From NCBI GenBank assembly GCA_015523325.1, contig WAKO01000003.1, forward strand, positions 77 to 64,076: DNA of 64,000 bases, given 5' to 3'. Below, piece by piece: positions 26,103 to 35,391 of this stretch; position 1 is the first letter of the stretch, and each line of letters opens with the position of its first letter. The stretch is from Candidatus Micrarchaeota archaeon (lineage in GTDB: Archaea > Micrarchaeota > Micrarchaeia > Anstonellales > J096). Position numbers and translations under genes: made by a program. The notes under the pieces were generated by a model, which worked only from the letters and a program-made list of their open reading frames with translations, searched no databases and was not told the origin of the DNA.

Positions 26103-27761
26103 ATGAGAATTTCTATTCTTGTTTTGATTTTGTTTCTTATTTCCTATTCGTTCTCAGTTATTATAGTTAACTCCTATGATGGGAGAGATGTGGTTGTTGG
26201 AACGTATTATGCAGCTGCTTTAGGAGAGGAGGTGTTTTTTGTTCCTCAAGAAAGCTCAGTAGAGATGGTAACTTCAAAGATAGGGGGGTTTGACGAGGAA
26301 GTTGTGTTAATAGAAGGAAAGAGAAAGGTTTTTCCAGGGCTTGAGCTTTCTTTAAGGAATAGAGGATATAAAATAAAGGAGATAATTAACTCTTCTGATC
26401 CTTATACACTAAACTTTGAATTAGCTTCAAGAGTAAATCCAAATGGTTTTGTTATAGCTTCTCCTGATTTTGGTTATAATACTGTTGCCCCTATTCCTTT
26501 TGCTAGAAAAAATAGGTATTTTTTTATATTTGATATAGAAGGAAAAGAGCAGGAAATTGCTTCTATTGTTGATTCAAAGCCTGTATTGGTTTATGGAGAT
26601 GTGAGAGAAGAGCTACTAGAAAAACTTAGTGAGAATCCAAATTTAATTGTAATAAATAATGGAGATAAGTATTTGGATAGTATTGAATTAGCAGACCTTC
26701 TTTTAGAGGGCCAGAAAAACACCCAAGTTATTCTTTCTGATGGGAACTTTTTGGAGAGTACAATAATGAATAGTCCCTATCCAATAGTTTATGTCTCAAC
26801 ACTAACTCCTAGGGTTGTTATTGATTTTTTATACAATAAAACATTATCAAACCAAATAAGTACTTTATTAGTTGTTGGAGAAGAATACACTAATGTTGCA
26901 TATAATATAAGGAGAGAGATAAATGAGAAGATTGGAGAGGATAGATTAAGCACTTTTGTAAAGCTAGGAGAAGCAATTCCTCCTCTTTCCCAACCTGTCC
27001 CTTCCCCTATTTTTCCACTTCCTTCTCCTTTTTCTTCTATTGTTGTAGAAGAGGTTGTGTTTAATAATAATACCAATACTTTAACAATATCATTTAGAAA
27101 TAAAGGAAATAGTATTGGTTACTTTACTTATTCAATAACTGTTTATGATGAGAATAATAATGCTTTATTCACTTTTTCTTCTGATGAAATTTTAGAGTTA
27201 AAAGAAGGGGATAGCTATGTTTTTAGGAAGCAGTTGGATTTAGGAAATTTAGAAGGATATTTGGAAGCAGATGTTAGAGTTGAGTATGGAACCTCTAAAA
27301 CATTACTTGATAATGGTTATGTAGAGAGGTTTGTATTGACTTTTCTTTCGCTAGAGGAGAAAACATCTTTGGTAATAGAGGATGCAAAATATGATAAAGA
27401 AAGTAAGACTTTGACACTCTCTCTTAGAAACACAGGGGAGGTGGATGCTTTCTATAAGGTTTTTCTTTACTACAAAGACAAGGATGGTAAAGATGTAGAG
27501 GTTGAAGAACAACTTTCTGTTATAGAGGCAGGAAGAAATAGAATTATTTTGTTGAGAGGAGTTGATCTACCTTATTCAGATATTTTAATAGAAGTTAAGT
27601 ATGGTTATAAGGAGAACTTGTTAGTTAAAAGTGCTTACTATACGTTAAGAATTGAAGAGGAAGATCTACTTAAGACTATTGCTGTGATTGTTTTAATTAT
27701 TTATGTAATAGTTCTTCTTAAGAAGCTGTTAATGCTAAAAACTAAAAAAGTAGAAAAATGA
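26103..27761 (+). CDS. Surface protein: N-terminal signal, cell-wall-binding-like N-domain, two CARDB-like domains, C-terminal TM anchor with basic tail
   Basis: CARDB-like repeats (LTISFRNKGNSIGY, LTLSLRNTGEVDA). C-terminal TM helix IAVIVLIIYVIVLL followed by KKLLMLKTKK. Confidence 0.65.
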   Translation: MRISILVLILFLISYSFSVIIVNSYDGRDVVVGTYYAAALGEEVFFVPQESSVEMVTSKIGGFDEEVVLIEGKRKVFPGLELSLRNRGYKIKEIINSSDPYTLNFELASRVNPNGFVIASPDFGYNTVAPIPFARKNRYFFIFDIEGKEQEIASIVDSKPVLVYGDVREELLEKLSENPNLIVINNGDKYLDSIELADLLLEGQKNTQVILSDGNFLESTIMNSPYPIVYVSTLTPRVVIDFLYNKTLSNQISTLLVVGEEYTNVAYNIRREINEKIGEDRLSTFVKLGEAIPPLSQPVPSPIFPLPSPFSSIVVEEVVFNNNTNTLTISFRNKGNSIGYFTYSITVYDENNNALFTFSSDEILELKEGDSYVFRKQLDLGNLEGYLEADVRVEYGTSKTLLDNGYVERFVLTFLSLEEKTSLVIEDAKYDKESKTLTLSLRNTGEVDAFYKVFLYYKDKDGKDVEVEEQLSVIEAGRNRIILLRGVDLPYSDILIEVKYGYKENLLVKSAYYTLRIEEEDLLKTIAVIVLIIYVIVLLKKLLMLKTKKVEK

Positions 27762-27815
27762 TTAGTATTTTCTTATATCATGTTGGTTTAAAATTGTTAA
27801 TTTTCTAATTTTATT

Positions 27816-29132
27816 ATGGATTTTGATTATAAGAAAGCAGAAGAAGTAATAGAAAGGGCAAAAGCTCTATTTTCTCCTTCAAAAGAGGAAAGAGAGGAGC
27901 TCCTTTCTATGTTTGAGAGTTTTAGAGTTGAGCTTTCCCCATACTTTAAAGATATCAGGTTGTTGGGAAGTGTTGCAAAAGGTACTTTTTTGAAAGGAAG
28001 TAAAGAGTTAGATGTTTTTGTTTTTTTTGATAAGGATGTGAGTAAGGAGGAAATGGGGGAAAAGATATTTCAGGTTTTGAGGAAATTAAACATAAACTTT
28101 GAGATTAGATATGCAGAGCATCCCTATGCAAAGGTATTTTATAAGGGCTTTGAAATAGATTTAGTTCCTTGTTACAAAATAAAGCAAGAGGAAAGGATAA
28201 GAAGTGCTGTTGATAGAAGCCCTTTTCATTATGAGTTTGTCTCAAAAAATCTAAAAGAACATCAAAAAGCAGATGTCAGGGTTTTAAAAAAACTCCTGAA
28301 AAATTTTGGATTGTATGGAGCTGAAGTAGGAGTAAGAGGATTTTCAGGATACTTATGTGAGCTCTTAATAATTTATTATGGAAGCCTCTTAGAGCTAATG
28401 AAATCTTCCTTAAAGTGGAAAAGGCCAAAACTTTCTCTAAATAAAGAAACAACTTTAGATTTGTTTGATGAGCCTTTTGTTTTCATAGACCCAACTGATG
28501 AATATAGGAATGTTGCTTCTTCCCTATCTTTAGAAAACCTTTCAAAGTTTATTCTCCTCTCTTCTTCATTTTTGAGGTCACCATCCTTAGAGTTCTTTGA
28601 GTTTTCATCCTTAGATTTGAGCTTTAGCAAATTAAAGGAAGTTTTGGGAGAAGCTGTTGTTGTTAAACTTAAATCCCCTGATGTTGTTAGAGAAACCAAG
28701 ATGGGTCAACTTAAGAGGATTGAGAGGTATTTGAAAAGCTTTTTGATAAAAAATGGTTTTCTTATTTCATCGAGCTTTGTTGAGGATAGGGAGTTTTCTT
28801 ACATATTCATAAGTTCTCTGTTCTCTCCTCCTAATTTTATTATAAAAGAGGGCCCTTTTGTTTGGATGAATAAAAATGCAGAAAACTTTATGGAGAAAAA
28901 CAAAGCTGTTTTGCTTGGAGATAGGCTTTTTACAATAAAGGAATACAAATTTAAAAGGCTTAAAGAAGCTGTTGAAAAGGCTTTGGTTTCTTATGATTTT
29001 CCCTCTCACTATAAAGGGAGTTTGGTTGATGTAATTTCTCTCAATCCTTCCGAGATTGATAAATTGTCGTTAAAAAATAGAATTTTTGTAGAGGTTAGGA
29101 GGAACGAATTTTTGTTTAGAAGAAAAGTTTAG
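27816..29132 (+). CDS. cca: CCA-adding tRNA nucleotidyltransferase, archaeal class I
   Basis: Motifs GSVAKGTFLKGSKELDVFVFF, DRSPFHYEF and GVRGFSGYLCELLIIYY. Consistent with the tRNA genes lacking an encoded CCA. Confidence 0.85.
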   Translation: MDFDYKKAEEVIERAKALFSPSKEEREELLSMFESFRVELSPYFKDIRLLGSVAKGTFLKGSKELDVFVFFDKDVSKEEMGEKIFQVLRKLNINFEIRYAEHPYAKVFYKGFEIDLVPCYKIKQEERIRSAVDRSPFHYEFVSKNLKEHQKADVRVLKKLLKNFGLYGAEVGVRGFSGYLCELLIIYYGSLLELMKSSLKWKRPKLSLNKETTLDLFDEPFVFIDPTDEYRNVASSLSLENLSKFILLSSSFLRSPSLEFFEFSSLDLSFSKLKEVLGEAVVVKLKSPDVVRETKMGQLKRIERYLKSFLIKNGFLISSSFVEDREFSYIFISSLFSPPNFIIKEGPFVWMNKNAENFMEKNKAVLLGDRLFTIKEYKFKRLKEAVEKALVSYDFPSHYKGSLVDVISLNPSEIDKLSLKNRIFVEVRRNEFLFRRKV

Positions 29133-29182
29133 AGGAAAAATTGGAGGTAATCCTTATAATAATTTCTTTAGCTAACTTTTTC

Positions 29183-30445
29183 ATGGGAAAAAATTTGGAT
29201 TGGAAAATTCCTATTTTGTTTTTAGTAACTTGGATTTTGGTTTATCTTTCTTATATAGCTTCTGTATCTAATTTTATTAAGGTATCTTTTGTTTTAATTA
29301 TTCTCTATCTCTCTGGAGAATATTTGTTTAGAAAGCTTGGTTTAGGGAAGGAACTCATATTTTTGCTTTGGAGGAGTAAGAGGTACTTAAATGTTTTGAA
29401 GGATATGTCAATTAAGTATAAACATATCTTTAGTTTTTTGGCAGATTCTGCAATTTTTGTTGCGTTTGGTTTGTTTGGATTTCTAGTAATCTCTTGGAAG
29501 AGCTTAAAAGAGAAGCTAAAAAATTTTGTTTTTGGATATCTTGTTTTGTATCTAATAACTTATGTCTATGGAAGTGTTGTACCTCTCTTCATGATAATGC
29601 TTGGAATAGGGTTTGAGGGAGGAGCCTCTTCTTTTTTAGGTTACTTAGTTTATATATTTGGTTTAGCTCCTTTGGTATTTTTTTCTCTACTCTATACCTC
29701 CTTAAATATTTTGATTTCTTTGATATCAATCTTATTTGGAGAACAAAGAACTGTTTCTCAAGCAGTTGCTTTGCTTTTGCCAGGAATAAACCTTCCATTT
29801 TTAGAGGGAATTTTGGCTTTAGCTATTGTTTTGATAGTCCATGAATTTTCTCATGGAATTGTAGCTATAGGAGAGAGAATAAAGGTTAGGAGTATGGGAA
29901 TAGTTACTTTTGGAACTATTCCTGTGGGTGCTTTTGTTGAGCCGGATGAAAAGGGACTTTTTGCTTCTTCAAAAAAATCTTTTGTTAGGACAATCATTTC
30001 AGGAGTTTCTTCAAACTTCTTGACAGCTATAATAGTTTTTGGGTTCTTCCTTATTTTCCTCTCCCTAACTCAACAATTTTCTTCTCCTTCTTGCCTTTTA
30101 GTTGTTGAAAACAAGCTTTATCATGTCTTTTCCTGTCATGAAAAAGCTTTAACATTTGAAGGAGAAGTGATTGAGTTTAAACCAGACCAGATAAAAAACA
30201 AAATAATTTTGGAAGGAGATGAGATGCTTAGGTATTATGAGTCCCCACTCCTTAGATTTATATATAATTTTTTCCTTTTAACTATCTCACTTAACTTGGT
30301 TGTGGGAGTTATAAACTTACTTCCTGTTCCATTTTTTGACGGAAATCTAATAAGTTCCAGGGTTCTTCCAAAAAAGGCTCATGATTTGGTTTCATTTTTA
30401 GCTTTACTTTCATTGTTGATTAGCTTTTTACCATCTTTAATTTAG
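29183..30445 (+). CDS. Site-2 protease (M50 family intramembrane metalloprotease)
   Basis: HEFSHG (HExxH) within a TM segment and the LDG-type motif FFDGN. Polytopic. The start is uncertain (the ORF track gives a TTG at 29141). Confidence 0.75.
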   Translation: MGKNLDWKIPILFLVTWILVYLSYIASVSNFIKVSFVLIILYLSGEYLFRKLGLGKELIFLLWRSKRYLNVLKDMSIKYKHIFSFLADSAIFVAFGLFGFLVISWKSLKEKLKNFVFGYLVLYLITYVYGSVVPLFMIMLGIGFEGGASSFLGYLVYIFGLAPLVFFSLLYTSLNILISLISILFGEQRTVSQAVALLLPGINLPFLEGILALAIVLIVHEFSHGIVAIGERIKVRSMGIVTFGTIPVGAFVEPDEKGLFASSKKSFVRTIISGVSSNFLTAIIVFGFFLIFLSLTQQFSSPSCLLVVENKLYHVFSCHEKALTFEGEVIEFKPDQIKNKIILEGDEMLRYYESPLLRFIYNFFLLTISLNLVVGVINLLPVPFFDGNLISSRVLPKKAHDLVSFLALLSLLISFLPSLI

Positions 30446-30495
30446 TTTAGGGGGTTAGGAGAAACGTTATAAAAACCTCCTTTCATAGCAACAAT

Positions 30496-31749
30496 ATGCT
30501 AGATATTTCTTTAATAAGAAATAATAAGGAATTTGTTAAAAATGAGCTTTCAAAGAGGTCTTTGAGTTATAAGGAGTTAGTAGACAAGGTTTTTGAACTT
30601 GACTTGGAATGGAGGGCATTAAAGAAAGAACTTGACTCTTTTAGAGCTAAGAAGAATGAAATCTCAAAGCAAATTTCAAAAACAAAAGATGAAGAGTTAA
30701 TTCTTAGAAGTAAAGAGATTGGGAAGAAAATTAAAGAACTAGAGAAAAAAGAAAAGGAGTTGTTAGAAAAAAGAGATTTGCTTTTGTTAGAGCTTCCCAA
30801 TATTCCTTCTCCTTCTTGTCCAATTGGAGAGGGAGAGGAGGAAAACAGAGTTGTTTTTGAAGTTAAACCAAAGAAGCTTAGTGCCATTCCCCATTATGAA
30901 TTAGGGGTTGAAGAAGGAGTTTTGGACTTTGAGAGAGGCTCTTTAATCTCTGGTCATAGGTTTGTTGTGATGAGGAAGTGGTTAGTAAAGTTAAATAGAG
31001 CTTTAATCAATTTTATGTTGGACTTTGCTTCTTCTCATGGATATGAAGAGGTTTGGGTCCCACATTTAGTTAGAAGCTCCTCATTAATAGGGACAGGACA
31101 GTTACCTAAATTTAAGGAAGACTTATATAGAACTCAAGATGACCTTTGGCTAATCCCAACTGCTGAGGTTCCTTTGGTGAATTTAGTTAGGGATAGTTTT
31201 ATTGAGGAAAAGGATTTACCGCTAAGATTTTCTAGCTTTACTCCCTGCTATAGGAGGGAAGCAGGAGCTTATGGAAGAGATATAAAAGGAATTATAAGGC
31301 AACATCAATTTGATAAGGTTGAGTTAGTCTCAATAACATCTCCAGAAGAGAGCTATAAGGAGTTGGAAAGGAAAAGAGGTATTGTTGAAGAACTATTAAA
31401 GAGATTGGAATTACCTTATAGGGTTGTTGAACTTTGTACAGGAGATTTGCCATTTAGCTCAGCAAAAACTTATGATTTGGAGGTTTGGATTCCTTCACAG
31501 AAAAAGTATAGGGAAATCTCCTCAATTAGTAATTGCACTGATTTTCAAGCTAGAAGGATAAAAGCAAGGATTAGGAGAGGAAACGAGCTTATTTATCCCC
31601 ACACATTAAATGGCTCTTCTCTAGCTCTAGGAAGAACCTTAGTCGCTATAATGGAAAACTTTCAGGAAGAGGATGGAATAGCCCTTCCAAGGGCTCTTTG
31701 GGATTACTCAAAAACAGAGTTTATAGAATTCAAGAGAACTTCAAAATAA
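30496..31749 (+). CDS. serS: Seryl-tRNA synthetase
   Basis: N-terminal coiled-coil arm. Class II motifs (FRRE-like CYRREAG, GSSLALGRTLVAIMEN). Confidence 0.9.
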   Translation: MLDISLIRNNKEFVKNELSKRSLSYKELVDKVFELDLEWRALKKELDSFRAKKNEISKQISKTKDEELILRSKEIGKKIKELEKKEKELLEKRDLLLLELPNIPSPSCPIGEGEEENRVVFEVKPKKLSAIPHYELGVEEGVLDFERGSLISGHRFVVMRKWLVKLNRALINFMLDFASSHGYEEVWVPHLVRSSSLIGTGQLPKFKEDLYRTQDDLWLIPTAEVPLVNLVRDSFIEEKDLPLRFSSFTPCYRREAGAYGRDIKGIIRQHQFDKVELVSITSPEESYKELERKRGIVEELLKRLELPYRVVELCTGDLPFSSAKTYDLEVWIPSQKKYREISSISNCTDFQARRIKARIRRGNELIYPHTLNGSSLALGRTLVAIMENFQEEDGIALPRALWDYSKTEFIEFKRTSK

Positions 31750-31791
31750 TTGATAACTGTTAGCCTGTTAGCACCACTACTCATAACTAAG

Positions 31792-32406
31792 TTAATATTC
31801 TATTTCCCACCAATAAGGCTTTGCCATTTCCTCCTTTATCTTCTTTCCATAATATAGGCCTAGAAACAACCCTCCTAAGTGTGCTGCTGATGCAATTCCG
31901 GAAGAGGGGTTAAATACTCCTAAAAACTCTATGACTATCCAAATAACACTAGCAGTTCTTAGGCTTACTGGAAAGAAAACTGGAAACATTATTATTTTTG
32001 AGTTTGGAAATAGCATGCTTGCAACTCCCATTATTCCAAATATAGCTCCACTAGCGCCTAAAGCTGGATTTGTTGTTAACCCTAATAAAAAAGTTATGTA
32101 ATATCCAATACTACCACTCAACCCTGTTAGTATGAATATCTTTAGAAACTCCTTTTCCCCTATTTCTCTAACTACTGGCTTTCCAAAGAGGTAGAGTGCA
32201 TAAGCATTAAAGAAAAGATGAGTAAGATTTGCGTGTAAGAATATGCTAGTTAAGAACCTCCAAGGTTGTTGAAGAGCTAGGTAAGGGTCAAAATAAAATA
32301 GAGGTGTTAGTTCCTCTATAAATGTTTGAAGTAAAAAAACAATTCCTATTGTTATAAGCAAGTAATCTACTATATCCATCTTTTCAGCCTGCCTATCATT
32401 CATCAC
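31792..32406 (-). CDS. Rhomboid family intramembrane serine protease
   Basis: GASGAIFG (GxSG) and the downstream AHLGG His, within a 6-TM core. Confidence 0.8.
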   Translation of the reverse strand: MMNDRQAEKMDIVDYLLITIGIVFLLQTFIEELTPLFYFDPYLALQQPWRFLTSIFLHANLTHLFFNAYALYLFGKPVVREIGEKEFLKIFILTGLSGSIGYYITFLLGLTTNPALGASGAIFGIMGVASMLFPNSKIIMFPVFFPVSLRTASVIWIVIEFLGVFNPSSGIASAAHLGGLFLGLYYGKKIKEEMAKPYWWEIEY

Positions 32407-32531
32407 TGTTCAGAGATCACCTTTTTCATCACAAAGCTAAAGCTCACTTACTTTAAATTTTTAAGTTTTTTTAAAATTTTTTATGGTGAGAAGTAGCTAG
32501 AGTTAAAAAATGTTTTGTGCTATGGTAATTT

Positions 32532-32921
32532 ATGAGCATTTCAGAGATAACAATGTTATTATTTTATGGTTCTTCTTTAGTTTTTCTTCTCAGCTTTTTT
32601 GTTTACGCTTTCTCTTCAAAAGTAGAAAGAAAGGAAGATGCTAAAAAAGAGGAAAAAGAGGAAAGAAGCGCGATTGTTGAAGAGAGGGTTTATGTTAAGC
32701 CTTTGATTAGAAAAGAAGATGTAATTTATAATGCTCTTGTAGTTTACCCAGAATTGGAAGATTATTTATTTTACAAAGGAGCCAAAGCAATAAAAAACCC
32801 AATAGTGAAAAAGGCCTTTACAAAAAAGACTACTTTCTCTTCTCTTGCAAAAGCACTGGGAAAGGAAGAAGATGAATTTGTGAATGAGATAAATGAGTTT
32901 CTTTCAAGAAAGTTGAACTAA
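32532..32921 (+). CDS. Hypothetical protein with N-terminal TM helix, possibly DUF1858-like C-terminal domain
   Basis: Pattern VIYNALVVYPELEDYL...SLAKALGKEEDEFVNEINEFL resembles Cys-less DUF1858 domains. The match is weak. Confidence 0.3.
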   Translation: MSISEITMLLFYGSSLVFLLSFFVYAFSSKVERKEDAKKEEKEERSAIVEERVYVKPLIRKEDVIYNALVVYPELEDYLFYKGAKAIKNPIVKKAFTKKTTFSSLAKALGKEEDEFVNEINEFLSRKLN

Positions 32922-32938
32922 AAGATTTGATAAGTTTT

Positions 32939-33451
32939 TCAAATCTTTTTATATTCTTTCCATTTTGGCCAAGGAAAGATGGAGAAAGGAAAAGATCTTT
33001 TTAGTTTATTAAACTCCTCTCTCATTTTTAGATAATTCTTTACAGCTATTTTTATTTTTGTGTTTAGGTTTTCTATTTCTTGAAGTGTTTCTCTATAGCT
33101 TTCCAAGACTAAAAGGTCTTTATTCCCCTCTGTTTCCTTGGCTATTCTGATCAGCTCTTCATTTATTTCCTCATCTTTTATTATTTTTTCATCAACATTT
33201 AATGAAACCAATTCCTCTGTTAGTTTTTCTATGTTTTTAAAAAGAGGTAGGAGGTAGTTTAAACCCTCCTTTTCTATAGAGGCTTTTAGTTTAATCAATA
33301 GCCTAACCTTTTCCTTAAGAAGCTCATCAACCTTTTCTTGTGAGCTTTTAACTTCAGCCAATATCTCCTTTACTTTGAGGTTCAAAAATATTAAGTATGC
33401 TCCTATTAAACCAAGGATTGTTATTACTCCATCTAGAGGTATTTGAAGCAT
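32939..33451 (-). CDS. LemA-like membrane-anchored protein
   Basis: N-terminal TM helix, helical core, and C-terminal FPxxIFP motif (RSFPFSIFPWP) characteristic of the LemA family. Confidence 0.5.
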   Translation of the reverse strand: MLQIPLDGVITILGLIGAYLIFLNLKVKEILAEVKSSQEKVDELLKEKVRLLIKLKASIEKEGLNYLLPLFKNIEKLTEELVSLNVDEKIIKDEEINEELIRIAKETEGNKDLLVLESYRETLQEIENLNTKIKIAVKNYLKMREEFNKLKRSFPFSIFPWPKWKEYKKI

Positions 33452-33503
33452 ATTCTCCTAACTTAGAAAATCTTTAAAAAGATGTAGAAGCTTTAGCATA
33501 TCT

Positions 33504-34715
33504 ATGATTATTGAAGAGTTGAAATCCCATTGGATAGTTGACTCACGAGGAAACCCAACCATAGAAGTTTTTATGAGAAGTGGGGAGTTTTCTTCTTTTG
33601 GAGCCTCTCCTTCTGGAGCTTCCACAGGAAAAAGGGAAGCTATTGAGCTTAGAGATAATGAATTTTTTGGAAAAGGAGTTTCCAGAGCTATTGAAAAGGT
33701 TAAGGAGATAGAATCAAAAATAATAGGAAAGGATTTTGAGCCTTTTTCTTTTGATGAGTTTTTAATAGAGCTTGATGGAACACCTAACAAATCAAACTTA
33801 GGGGGAAACACTACTACTGCTTTAAGTGTTGCGTTCTATAAATTGTATTCAAAAGTTCATGGGATTCCTCTTTGGAAATTGTTCTCTAATTTAATAAAGA
33901 GAGATCCTTCTTTTCCTAAGTGTATGTTTAATGTGATAAATGGAGGGAAACACGCTGGGAATCCTCTTGCAATTCAAGAGTTTATGATTGTTCCCTCTTT
34001 ACCAACTATAAAAGAGAGAATTGAAGCAGCTCTTGAGATTTACCATGTCTTAAGAAAAAAAATAGGTTCAAAATATGGGGCTGTTTTTACCTCTGTAGGG
34101 GATGAAGGTGGGTTTTCTCCTCCTATCTCTTCTTCTCATGAAGCCCTATCTCTTTTAGAAAGCTGTATTGAAGAGCTTGGTTATGGAGGAAGAGTTTTGT
34201 TAAGCTTAGACTGTGCTGCGGATTCATTTTATAAGGATGGCTATTATTTTGTTGATGAAAAAAAGCTTTCTCCAGAAGAGCTTGTGGATTTTTATTTGGA
34301 ACTTGTGAAATCATATAAAATTCTTTCTTTAGAAGACCCATTTTTTGAAGAGCATGGGAATTGGTTCTCAAAATTAAGGAAAAAGCTCTTAGGAAAAAGC
34401 TTGGTTATAGGAGATGATTTGACTGTAACAAATAAGGCTTTAATAGAAAAAGCGGCTAATAATTCTGAAATTGATGGTTGTATAATAAAAGTTAATCAAG
34501 TTGGAACATTAAAGGAGGCTTTGGAGGCACTCTCCTTTAGTTTTTCCTCTGATTTAAAGACAATAGTTAGCCACCGCTCTGGAGAGGTGGAGGATAACTT
34601 TATTTCCCATCTAGCTTATGGAGTTGGAAGTGAGTTTATAAAAGCAGGAGCTCCTGCAAGAGGAGAGAGGACTTCTAAATATAATGAGTTGTTGAGGTTG
34701 GAAAATGTTGTTTAA
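33504..34715 (+). CDS. eno: Enolase (phosphopyruvate hydratase)
   Basis: N-terminal IVDSRGNPTIEV. Active-site SHRSGE. 403 aa. Confidence 0.9.
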   Translation: MIIEELKSHWIVDSRGNPTIEVFMRSGEFSSFGASPSGASTGKREAIELRDNEFFGKGVSRAIEKVKEIESKIIGKDFEPFSFDEFLIELDGTPNKSNLGGNTTTALSVAFYKLYSKVHGIPLWKLFSNLIKRDPSFPKCMFNVINGGKHAGNPLAIQEFMIVPSLPTIKERIEAALEIYHVLRKKIGSKYGAVFTSVGDEGGFSPPISSSHEALSLLESCIEELGYGGRVLLSLDCAADSFYKDGYYFVDEKKLSPEELVDFYLELVKSYKILSLEDPFFEEHGNWFSKLRKKLLGKSLVIGDDLTVTNKALIEKAANNSEIDGCIIKVNQVGTLKEALEALSFSFSSDLKTIVSHRSGEVEDNFISHLAYGVGSEFIKAGAPARGERTSKYNELLRLENVV

Positions 34716-35100
34716 GAGAGTCCCTTTTGTTAATGTTGGAGATAAAAATAGGAATGAAGAGGAGAATTCAATTGTGCTTTCCTCTATTCTTGAAACACTA
34801 GAGAGCATAACACTCTTTTTGGCTATATTTGATTTGTTTGAGATTGCTTTGGTTACTTTTTCTTTAAGCTCTTTAATGTTGTTGTTTGATTTAAAAATGA
34901 ATTTAATCTCTAAGGAAGAGAATTTAGTAGAAATGTTTAAGAAGTATTTTTCTTTTCCTTTGCTTTTTTTAGCTTTCTCTTTTATTTTCCCTTTAGGTGA
35001 ATCAGGAAAAAAGTTTTTAATTATCATAAGTAGCTATGCCTTTTTGAGAGTTCTCTATACTTTCTTAAAAGCTTCATTACAAAAAAAGCAGCCCTCCTAA
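34705..35100 (+). CDS. Hypothetical small membrane protein (uncertain)
   Basis: Hydrophobic ORF overlapping the end of enolase. Could be spurious. Confidence 0.2.
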   Translation: MLFKRVPFVNVGDKNRNEEENSIVLSSILETLESITLFLAIFDLFEIALVTFSLSSLMLLFDLKMNLISKEENLVEMFKKYFSFPLLFLAFSFIFPLGESGKKFLIIISSYAFLRVLYTFLKASLQKKQPS

Positions 35101-35152
35101 ATTGGTTAAGCTTTAAATAGTTTTTTGTGCATCTACCTACTGAGGTGGGCAA

Positions 35153-35362
35153 ATGTTAGTAAAATGTGAAAGATGTTCAAAAAAAACTCCTAAAATTGAG
35201 CTTTGTAACTATTGCAATAGGCATGTTTGCTTAAGATGCGTAAAGGCTTCAAAAAGAACCAAAAGAAGAGATGTGTTTAGAATAATAATATGTAAAGATT
35301 GTTGGACCAATACAGAAACAAGGAAAAAATACAAGAGGTCAGAACCAATATATTACATCTAG
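35153..35362 (+). CDS. Small double zinc-ribbon protein (69 aa)
   Basis: Four CxxC pairs (CERC, CNYC, CLRC, CKDC) and a basic tail. Confidence 0.45.
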   Translation: MLVKCERCSKKTPKIELCNYCNRHVCLRCVKASKRTKRRDVFRIIICKDCWTNTETRKKYKRSEPIYYI

Positions 35363-35391
35363 CTTTGACTTATTAATTTTCTTCTTAACTT

